DNA of 64,000 nt from positions 288,042 through 352,041 of the forward strand of contig JAAOMT010000193.1 of the NCBI GenBank assembly GCA_016748015.1, given 5' to 3'. A program made the position numbers and the translations under genes. The first letter of the stretch is position 1. Each line of letters starts with the position of its first letter. Of the stretch, positions 53,571 through 64,000 are shown piece after piece. Under the pieces are notes generated by a model, which was not told where the DNA came from, did no database searches, and was given only the letters and a program-made list of their open reading frames with translations. This stretch comes from Geosiphon pyriformis uo1. Lineage: Eukaryota > Fungi > Glomeromycota.

Positions 53571-56500
53571 CTTTTTTGGCTTGATCTTTTGACTATTATT
53601 GTCAAAATACTTGAGTTGTATAGCAGATTGATTTTCAATCAAATAGACCAGTATTGTTGTAATTTTTTTTTCTGGTTCAAATTTTCTAAATTCAATTTTA
53701 TGTTTATTGCTTTTATTGGACAAAAAAATGCTAAAAGCATAGTATTTTAAACACTATTTGTTATTACAAAACATAATTTATTCTTTGCATAATTGAAGAT
53801 TTATTTGCTCTAATTATTAAATTTAAGCTTTTTGGGTTAGATAAATGTGACTAACAATTTGATAATATATTTTTACTTCTTCTTTATAGTTGTATCTAGT
53901 AATTTTAAAGATGTATTAAATGTATTCGACTTCTTTTATCGGGCAAACATCTTTTTGGGTTTCTTTATTAATTAAAACTATGGCCAGTTTATAGATTATC
54001 TTAGCATCATGTGGATAATAATAAAGTTTGGTAAAAATACTATTATATGCTACATTAAAAAAAGTTTCCCTACAGATTTTTTCTGTAATTAATAAGACAT
54101 ATTGGCATGTTTAATTACAGATTCTGTCTCTTATTACAATATTAATTCAATTGTATTCTTTTGATAGTAGTTTTCTACATGTGAAACAAAGAGTATTGTT
54201 TTATTTTTTACTTCATTTAAGATATCTAAATCATTTTTAATAACATGTCTTGCAATAATAACAAATATACATTTCATATTTTTCTTTTAATAATATACAA
54301 GCTCTCATAAATAAAAGTTTTTTGTTGTAATCTTTGTATTTAAGTGAAATATATGGTGGCTGTTTTTGTGGTTTTAGTTTAAAATACTGAACTTTGTTTC
54401 AATTACTGACTTCTTCAAAAAAATTTTGTTCTATTTCTTTGGCCTAATTAGATGTTAATCTAAAAACCATATAAGTTTTAGTAATTGGCATTTTTTTTTC
54501 TCTTCAAATTCGAACACAAAACCTTTTTTTGATTATTAATTAAAAATATCACAAGTAATAAGTACTTTGGTATATTGTTCTTAGTATGAGATTTTGAATT
54601 CTTGGATTTCTCAATCTAAATTTGTATTGACTTTAAGAAGCCAATCATTTTTAACAAAAGCTTAGTATTGAAATATATTTATAATAAGAATTTTAACTAA
54701 AATGATAATTTCATTAATTATAAAAAAAAATCATTGATTTTTTTTATTGGAGTTTTTTCATACTATTAGCTATAACAATAACTGTTTGAACTGACCAGTT
54801 AATATTTTGTTTAAGTTGTTATATTAATTAGTATGTAATAATGTTTTTAGTAGATCTACTGTCTAAAATTAATCAAATTAGTTTTTTTTTAACTTTAGCT
54901 TTGGTGTATATTGCTATAATTGTTTTTTGTTTTATAACTGCTACATTATTAAATAAGAATAGTAATTTATTGGCTTTAAATTCGAATGAAAATATATTAA
55001 AAAGATTGGTATTTTGGGCAATTTAGACTGGTAAAATAGTATTATTGAAAGATTTTGTCTTAAGACTGCAGTTTTACTTTCAAAAAATGCAGTTTGCTAA
55101 AAATCCAATTTTTTTGATATTGTAAAATAGCTAAGTTAAGTGTGATAATATATGAGTCTTTTTTAAGTTGAATTTCAGAGAACTAGTTAATTATTGGAAT
55201 TAAATTTATTGTTGTTTGTTGTAAATTAGTTTTATTGAACCAATTTTTAGGCAAATACTTGATATTATTGAACTGGTAATTTTTAATACTATTGTTGACT
55301 GAATTGTAAGGCGGATTGATAGTAATTGTTCTGATATTGAAGCCTTGGTAAATTGTAAGATAGTGGTGAAAATTGGTAATAAATTTGTTGTGATTGAAAA
55401 TAATATTAATTATTTTTTTGCTGTTAGTTTTACTGCATTTTTTAGCAATTTTATTTTTAATGTCCTGGAATTCTACAATAATGACAGCTTTGGCTTTAGT
55501 TGTTTAATGATGAAAAGTTGCTTGAATTTTATCATTGTGATGATTAATATTTTTGTTGTTACTGTTGTTGTTAGTTGGTAAAATAGTTTTTAACTTTCTT
55601 TACAAGTTGATTAATTTTTTCTTTAGCTGTTAAGCTGGTTTTGTTAATTACAAAATGGACAAATTTGGTGTGATTTGTTTTTTTATTGTTATTTCATAGT
55701 GTTTATATATTAAATAACTATAGCTAAGTCTGCTTAAACATGAAAACAAACTTTTTACATTAATTTATTTTTTAATTTGGCTATGAATTGGTCCAAAATT
55801 TGAGCATTAAAATAATACTTATTGGTTTTTAATTGTTAAGTTTGTCAAAAAAGTTTGTTGAATTTTTTAAGATAGGTTATAATAAATTTAAAAGGTTTTT
55901 AGTTAATGTTTTGGAATTGGTTTTGAAGAATAATGAATGTATTGTTGTCAATAAATTGTTCCAAAAAGCATTTTTGAATGCTTGCCAGTTTTTAAAAAGT
56001 TTGGCCAAGTTTTTAAATTATTTGCTTATTATTCTTTAAAGAAAGTATAGAATTGCTTTTAATATTCTTGCTGTATTCTATTTATTTATATCTTTTGCTT
56101 TTTGAACTTTGACAAGTCATTTTTATAGACTGGTGTCAATATTTTCTTTAGTAAATTCAATAATTTTCACAATATAAGTGGTTGTTATGTCTTTGGTATC
56201 TTTGTGTTTGGTAGTTTTTTTCTCTATAAATTTAAAAATGTCTTTGTTATTATCAAAGTAATTATTCTGGTTTTTTGTTAAAAAATTAAGAAGATTAGTA
56301 CTAGTAGATATTAATTTTGGTTGTTGTATTGGACTTTTGAATAAAGTAAAGTCTTTTGGTTTTGAGAATTGAATAAGAAATAAATTGGATGTTTGTGATT
56401 AAGCAAGTAAAATTGGAAATAATATAATAAAGAATAGTAATTTAACATTAGTTTTTTGTTTGGGTGTTTATAAGTATTTGGTAGTTATTCTTAATATGTT

Positions 56501-56944
56501 GTAAATTGTTTTTGGTTTTCATTTTTGTCTTTGTTTTCTTTTGTTGTTATTTTTAGGCTTTAATTATATGTTCAAAAAAAATTTGGATTGTATTGAATAT
56601 TTTTTCTTACAATATTAAATAATATTAAAGTTGAGTTTTTAAAAGTAAATATTAAGTGTTTCACTATTAGAGTTTTTTGTTTTTAAGTGGAAATAGTGAA
56701 ATAAGTTTTCATAATATTTGTTTCTGATTTCTAAAATATTATAATCTCTAAAAAAATAATTGTTAATATGTTTCTTAATGTATTAGTATAATAATTTATT
56801 GAAAATTTTAATTTCATCTTAGATGTTGAATTTTTGCTTGCAATAAGTGTAAATTGACTGATAATACTTTAGAGTTGTTATGTTAGATGTGATTGTTACT
56901 TTGAAATTATTATTGCTGTATTATTTCTATAAGAGAACACCAAA

Positions 56945-58782
56945 TATTACCAGAGATTTTTAGTCTTTTCTTTTAAATATTGTTAATATTAGTTTGCTGT
57001 TAATTCACGTTTATTGAAAGCTAGTGAACCTTTGATAACTGAATTTATTTTCAAATTATCTCTTATAATTTAAATTGCTGGGCTTATAAATAGAATGGCT
57101 GATGTTACAAGTAATTATTTAAGGTGTTAAAACAAATAATAAACTTATAATTTGGTGTTTAATAGCTGAAAATATTGGTTATTTCTGAAAATTTTGAAGT
57201 CTGAAGATTTTGGTTGAGTTTTTTGTATAATAAATAAAGATTCAAATAATAGTTTTTTCTGTGAATTTTTTTTTCAATATAATGGCCAGTTTATTTTAGC
57301 AGTTATGTTTTTTTAATAAGCTATTTTTAAATTTTTACTTTTGTTTTCAGGTTTTTTACCAGGCTATTCTTGACATCAAATACTCAGTGCTTAATTTTTT
57401 TAATTAATTAATAAACAACAAAAAAACAAGACAAAAAAAATAAAAAATAAAATAAAAGAAAATAAGAAAACAAAACAAAAAATTAGTATTTTATCAATAG
57501 TCATAATCAAGAGCTATTGTTTCAATGTGGTTAAATATTGAATCCTATTAACATAGAGTATTAATAATATAGAAATGATTAATATTTTTAATTAAGCAAT
57601 AATAATATAGATTAAATAATAATTAGATATTTTATTAATATTAATGTGATTCCACTTTAAGTTATAAAAAACTATCTTTTGAAAGGAGAGGTATTGTTGT
57701 TTTGAATTTTATTGAATTCCTTTGAATACTTTTTCTGCTTTTAATACTCTTTCTATATATATATAATTTATGTTATACAAGATTTCTTGAAATTTTTTAT
57801 TTTTTTTAAAAAAAATCCTGAAATTTTAGAATTTTGAAATCCTGTAATTTCTTAAGAAAAATCCTAGAATTCTGAGATTTTAAAATCCTGCAATTTCTTT
57901 TTTTACTATGTTTATTTCTAATTGGCTATTTTATTTACTATTATAATTTTTAATTTCTATAAGTAATACCAATTTCATACTAAATAGTATATGTAGTTAT
58001 TTTGTAATAAAAGTTAACTTATTCCCAGAAATTACTTATTTGAAAGCTCACTAAAAATATGTAGTTACTTTGTGGTAAAAGTTAATTTTTTTACAAGAAT
58101 TTTGTCTGTAGACTATCCTAATAATTATATTAAGAAAAAAAAGAAAAAATATAAAAAATATAAAAAAAATAAAATTTTATTAAAAGAATCATTTTTTATC
58201 TAGGCTTAAAGTTATTAACAAATTATTAAAATTAGTAATTAATTAATTTCAAAATATTAGTTGGGTTTTAGAAAATGTTAAGTGTAATTATTTTAAAAAT
58301 TGGTTTTTTTTCAAAGTATATTTTTATTTTGAATTGTATTATGAAAATAAATTTAAAGTAAAATATTAGTAATAAGATACATTTTTTTGAAGAGAAAAGC
58401 TCTTTTTTTATACAATTTATTGTAATACTAGTCTATAAATTTGAATTTTTTTTTTGCTATAATTTTAATAAACTAAGGATATATTTTGACAAACTATAAA
58501 TTATTTTGTTAAGTTATTAACTATTTTAGTGAATTATTTATTATTTCAACAAATTTTTATAAATTTTAGCAAATTCTTGAACATTACATAATTTAATGTA
58601 TTGTGTAATTTAATTATTTTAATTTCTATTATATAAATTGGATTATTAATTAAATAGCAATCTTTAATAATTTTTAATTAAATAATAAGTGATAATTTAA
58701 ATGATAATAATATATGCTAATTAATGATAAAAATTATAAGATAATTTTATGCTAATTAATAACTAAAATTCCATTGGTAACA
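56945..58782 (-). repeat. 5' LTR of the Gypsy element, interrupted by an 866-bp insertion
   Basis: TATTAC..GTAACA termini. Its two parts match the contiguous 3' LTR. Confidence 0.87.
57103..57968. mobile_element. Solo LTR of another retroelement nested in the 5' LTR
   Basis: TGTTAC..GTAATA termini, flanked by CTGA and CCAA where the uninterrupted LTR has a single CCAA (48276-48279). Confidence 0.75.
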
Positions 58783-59095
58783 ATAACAAGATAATTAACA
58801 GCAGCAATAAAATAATAAGTAACAAAATAATTAGCAATAGCAACAAGATAATATACAACAAAATAATCAACAACAACAACAAAATAATAAGTAACAAGAT
58901 AACCAGCAGCAATAATAAGATAACAGGTAACATAATAATTAGCAGTAATAACAAGATAATTAATAACAAAATAATTAAAAACAATAGCAAGATAATAGAT
59001 AACAAAATAAATAATAACAGCAGCAAAATATCTAGTGATTACAGCAAAATAACTAAAAGCAATAACAATAATCACTAAACTAGCAACAACAATAT
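58783..59095 (+). repeat. Degenerate minisatellite (AACAAGATAAT-like units) within the Ginger-like ORF; continues 47975-48122
   Basis: The same low-complexity units occur on both sides of the Gypsy element. They explain the hydrophobic minus-strand ORFs at 58752-59075. Confidence 0.8.
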
Positions 59096-61354
59096 AATAT
59101 AATAAATAATATTAAAAATAATTAAGAAGAATCAAGTTATAAGTGAAAAAACTAAGCAATCTTTTGAAAAATATTAGTACTTATTCTAATAACTCTTATG
59201 TTTTTTCTGTTATAATTTAAAAAATAAAGTAATATTTTTATTATTTATACTTTTTAATATTATTTTGTATTAATCTTATATTTTTTAATAAAATAATTAT
59301 AATCAGAACAATATATTATATAATATTATTAACTTATCTATTGGCTATTATAAAATATGCCAAATTATTTATAACTAATATATTAATAACACCAAAATAA
59401 TACTGTATAAAAATGCAAAACAAAAAATATCTTATAAAATTAAAAATTTTGTGTGAATTGGGATTTCAAAGATTAATTGTTTAAGTACTAATAGAAAGTT
59501 TTTCATTTACAAAGTGATTAAAACTGTTAATAAAAAATTATATAGATTAGAATACAAATTAAGAATATTAAAAAAATTTTAACACACAATATAGTTAATG
59601 CTTATTAAAACTACTGATTTTTCAGAATTATAAAAAATACTAAACATTTTTATTTTTTTACATAAAGTAGTTTTATACCAAAGTTAAGAAAAAATAACAA
59701 ATTATTAATGCAATTATAAAAAAAGTTGTAAAATTAATCATTGTAATTACAGAAAAGCTGGAGTTTTATGTAATATACAATATTATAATAATAATAGCAA
59801 TGCTTGTAAAAATCGAAACAAATAATTAAAATTATTAGAAATAAAAAAAAAAAATATGTCATATATCAAAACTTTAATTTTTTTAATTGGCTAATAAAAG
59901 AAAAACTTTTTACTAACAAATTAACCAAATAATATAATTGGTTGAGTTGATTCAGAATTAAATTAAAAATTTCGAATTAACACAAATTAAATTAGAATTT
60001 AAAATCAACTTAAGTTAATTCTAAATTAAACTTATAATATATATAAATAAATAAAATATTATTTAAATTTTTAAATTAATGTGTATTATTTTTATAGTAC
60101 CAAAAAAAAAATATTATAGTTATTTATTTTACTAGTTTTTGTTAATATATTTTTTCTATATTATTTAGTATTTATAACAACTTTAGTCATTTTATTAATA
60201 CTATAAACAAAATTAATATATTTAAAATAAGTGTTTTTTAATATATTTAAGAATAAATATTATAATATATTTAAATTTATATATATTAATTTCTTAAACA
60301 CAAATTTTTGTTTTGGTATAAATTTATTAACTTTAAGATAATATAATACAAGTTTATTTTTAGTTTGCTATTTTTAAATATATAAAAAGTTTTATTATTA
60401 ATAAAAATTATATTATTTAAAATATTTTAAAGTATTTTAAAGTGGTTTTTTAAAAAAATTATTTTAAACTATTTAATTATTAATAATAAATTGATTTTAA
60501 ATCCAATTAATATTAAGTTTAAGTAAATACAATTATAAAAAATTAAATAAAAAAATTAATATTAAATAAAATTTTGGTTTTTTAACAATAATATATTTAA
60601 TTAATTATATAAATAATAATGTTTTTAATAAAGTTATATTAAAAATTGAGCTTAAAAATTTGTTAAATAATAAAGCTATTAGTTTGTTTAACATATTAAA
60701 TAAATTTTAAACATATTATAATAAGTTTATTTTAAGACTTTTTTTCAATCTTATAAATTTGTGTTTATTAAATAAATTATTTTTTAAGTTTTAAAAAAAG
60801 ATTTAAATATTAATAATTTTTAAATTTTATAAATAAATAAATTTTAATAATTATTAAATCTATTATTTTGTTTAAAATTACAAAAAAAATTTTTGTAAAT
60901 TTTTTTAATTATATTTTAGTTATTTATAATATGTTTAATATTTTCTGTAAAGATAATTTTTGATTTTAAAAAGTATTTTACTTAGTTTTTTATAATTATA
61001 ATAAGATTTTTTGTAAAAAATACTTTAAAAAAAATTATAAATTGTAATTAATATTATAAAAAATATATAAAACATATAATATAATAAATTAATTTTATTT
61101 AAGATTTAATTTTTAAAGATTAAGAAATATAATAAATTTGTAACAATAAAATTAATTAGATAATAATAAATTTTGGTTTAATAAATAATTATTTATTTAT
61201 AATAAATTAAATCAAAAAAAAATTTTTATTACTATTTTAAAAAATTTTTTATGATTTTTTATTATATAAAATTAAGAAATATAAATATTTATATAAATAT
61301 AAAATTATTATTAAGTTTGTTGTTAAAATTAACAAAATTAAATTTTAAGTTAAT

Positions 61355-64000
61355 TTTTTTATTATCATTAAATTTTACGAATATAGCTTAATTACTATCT
61401 AAAAACATACAATTATAGAAGATTTTATATTAAATATGAGTCATGTTTTTTCTATATATAACTAATTACTTAAACCAATTAAGATAGTACTATACACTTA
61501 AATTAACAACTAAAAAAAAGTTTTACAAAAAACTAAACTATATACTGTTTAAATAAAAATATAAATTAAAACAAATATAAATATTTAGCTTGATACTAAA
61601 ATTGTGAATCATTTTATAGAAAACAAATTAATCATAACCAGAATTACAAATTTGTTATATAACAATAGACTATGTTTTTCATAATAACTCTTAATTTAGT
61701 AGTTGACAACTATATAATAGATCTGTGGCTTTTAGCAAAATACTTAACCAAATTAATAATTAACAATCCAATATCTGAGTTGTTTTCCAATAAATTTGTC
61801 ATATTAAATACCCAATTTTTCATTATAAAGTCTTTAGTTAATAATATATAAACAATTAAAGAGTTCAGTTTTATAAAGAAAACAAATTACTACATAGTTA
61901 ACAGTACAAATACTTAACAAACTAGTTTACTCTCTAATAATATCCAAAATTAATTCTTTCTTGGCATAATTATTATGTATACATAAAAATATATGGTTTA
62001 AGTTTTTTATCAACTTACATCAAATATACAATACACTAAGGTAACTCAAATTGTATAATTTTTTATTGGCTACAGACAGTTGGTAGTATAAAACTTTTAT
62101 AAAATAGGATTAAAATACTATAAAAGCAAAGCTTGTGAATCCAAACTGAACTTAACCATCAAGATGCTACATATTGAAAGTCTAACACATGTCAAAAAGT
62201 TGCAAAATAATTTATTTATAATACTATTTACATGCTTAAATTTCTAATTAACACAACTAACAGTCTCAAACAAACCTTTGACAAAGTAATAGATATTTCC
62301 AAAGACAGATTTGTTTTTTATAACAAAAAAGTAATATGATATCTTAATAGATAGTGTGGAATTAGACATAGTAATATATTGGCAAAAAAATTTGCATGCT
62401 TGTTGCTAACAACTCCAAAATAATTTTTGACTTTGTTTCAGCTAATTAACAGATTTTTAGATTCAATAATTTAATAAACATACTTCTTTTTTATTCAACA
62501 TTTATTGCAAAAGTCTAGTTTGATATCTTTCATAATTAAAACACAAATATTCAATAATGCTTAACTATTGGTTAACAACTTTACCAAACTAAATACAAAA
62601 ACACAATCCAAAACAAAAGTAATAATCTGCATTTTCACAAGAATTGAAAAGAACAAATCACAAATCTAATACCTATATTTATGCCAATGTCTAAAAAATA
62701 AGCAGCAGTATTATTGTAAGAATTTATAAACTCTAAATTTTTAACTAATCTATTCATATAGATAACTACTTTATTAGTCTTTTTTCTATAAGATGTTTTC
62801 TAACAAAGTTAATATTATATAAGCTCTTGCTAAAAGTAGAATAATATGTTAAAATGCAATTGCCATTTAAATTACCATTTTTAATAAATTTGGCCAGTAA
62901 ACTAAACCACCCAAAAATTGAATTTCTAAGATCCAGTTTTTTTTATTTGTAAAATATATTCTATATAAAGCATGTACTGTAATAGTCTAAAAGCTAATTC
63001 ATAAAAACAATACCAAATTTTTTAAGTAAATTTACCATCTTCATATAATATTTCAATTCTAAGACATCTGTAACAACAACACTATTACTGGTTTAAAACA
63101 CATTAAGTATATCATTACTTAATAACAAACCACATAATGTCAAAATATTTATAAGCCTGCCAAAAAACAATTTATAAAAGTAATTAATAGCATAATTAGA
63201 AAACTAAGAAATTGTTAAAACATTTAACTGATAATTTGTAGATTTATAGTCTTGTGTTCAAACAAATTAACATAGATTACTAAATTAACAAATGAGTTTT
63301 CTGCCTACATCTGCTTAAATGTCTTAAAATTGTATAATTTGAGATAGAAAATGGCATCATTAAAAAATTTTTTAGGTAGATTGGCCTTGAGTTTTAATTT
63401 TTTTCTTAGTATTTTGTCTCATTTTTTATACATACTTATTAATACATAACTGAATTACAGTCTGTAATTAATTATAGATTACAGAACAGCAAATACTAGA
63501 TACAGTAATTGTTTATTAGAAACAGTCTTTTTTAAAACCAAATTTGTAAAAAATTTTATGTTTAAGTATGTCTTGACAAAACTTGAACAAAAAAAACTTT
63601 TTGTAGACAAAAAAATGTTCAGGTATTTATGAATTTTACTTTTTTTTGCAATTAAAATATTCGACCTACTTATTATCAAATAAAAATTTTTTACTTTTTA
63701 GTTAATGAAAATAGTAAGTGTTTTATTTATGTTGATTGAAATGTTATTAATATAAGAAAATTTGCTAGCTATATTTAGAATATGCTGAGTAGTAAACATA
63801 ATATTTCTAATCCAGATTATGTTATTTATAAAGATTTTAGCTGCCATAAAAGATATTATTATGGATAAACTTAGTGGTATATGGTAGTAATATTTGGTGC
63901 TTAAAATTTGGGTTTCTAAAAAGCTTTTGATAGTTTTTTTTTAGTAAACTTGTTAGAAGTATTAGTATTATCAGTCTCTAAAGGTTTTTTTGATTAATAT
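61355..64000 (-). mobile_element. 3' part of a second degenerate LINE related to 2520-9200 (runs off the window)
   Basis: SFMAAKIFINNIIW (~63825, from FVDD) and HKYLNIFLSTK..FFTNLVLKK (ORF 63479-63679). Stop at ~61490. The 3' UTR resembles 9056-9170. Confidence 0.87.

Larger units (their letters stand above)
48123..58782 (-). mobile_element. Full-length degenerate Ty3/Gypsy LTR retrotransposon: gag-protease-dUTPase-RT-RNaseH-integrase
   Basis: Minus-strand motifs: gag ARILKAILYFL..NWQAFKNAFLEQF (~56070-55960), protease LILDSRST (~54860), dUTPase (~53280-53570), RT LNLESEYWQ (~52340), FNIMSFKFCN and VVYFNN (~52150, from YLDD), RNase H IFAYSDFNKKF*LVTNA (~51740), integrase YYFWPYMY (~51015) and VKYLTK*FKAKAI..IICRH (~50820-50730). 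PBS-like TGGTGTTCTC next to 56945 and purine tract AAGAGGAAAA next to 49064. Confidence 0.92.
46548..60039 (+). mobile_element. Ginger-like (rve integrase, KRBA2/SCAND3-type) DNA transposon with ~180-200 bp TIRs, split by a Gypsy insertion
   Basis: TIRs 46548-46746 (TGTTATAAG..) and 59868-60039 (..CTTATAATA). Integrase core LQVDLVNM..YKYI..FTKF (~47325) and ILQTNNKKEF..IINK..FQKLIEQA (~47500, from LQTDNGxEF..GRPRHPQSQGLVERA). After the insertion: FV*IGISKINC..LYRLEYKLRIL (~59450) and Cys-rich CNYKKSCKINHCNYRKAGVLC (~59710). Confidence 0.85.

Noticed and set aside
46544-60043. Target-site duplication for the Ginger-like element
   Set aside because: The flanks TTAA and TATA do not match, so no TSD is claimed.
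60040-61350. Extremely AT-rich block (also 9200-10250), and many short K/N/I/L-rich ORFs across the window
   Set aside because: Probably terminally decayed repeats. No motif is assignable and such ORFs arise by chance or as TE fragments.

Overview
Very AT-rich fungal genomic DNA with GT-AG introns. The repeat and gene families resemble those of Glomeromycotina, especially Geosiphon-type assemblies (inference, not searched). Three intact intron-containing genes sit in a CpG-retaining island: an HSD17B10-like short-chain dehydrogenase (14851-16465,+), a class-3 lipase-like protein whose GHSxG elbow reads GHGSG (21287-22556,-), and a PHO84-family phosphate transporter (27115-29560,-). The flanks are transposon graveyards degraded almost entirely by C>T/G>A transitions. 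They hold two APE-RT-RNaseH LINEs, a Gypsy remnant, hAT copies and a three-level nest: a Ginger-like integrase transposon (46548-60039) contains a dUTPase-bearing Gypsy element (48123-58782), which contains a solo LTR (57103-57968). The 37.5-46.1 kb block is scrambled by an untrimmed Nextera adapter (39590-39608) and an N gap. It can be reconstructed as two copies of one locus, one empty and one carrying a ~1.4 kb TIR element (ACGACAG termini, 8-bp TSD) whose only cargo is a USP-like protease gene fragment. All family assignments come from manual translation and motif recognition.
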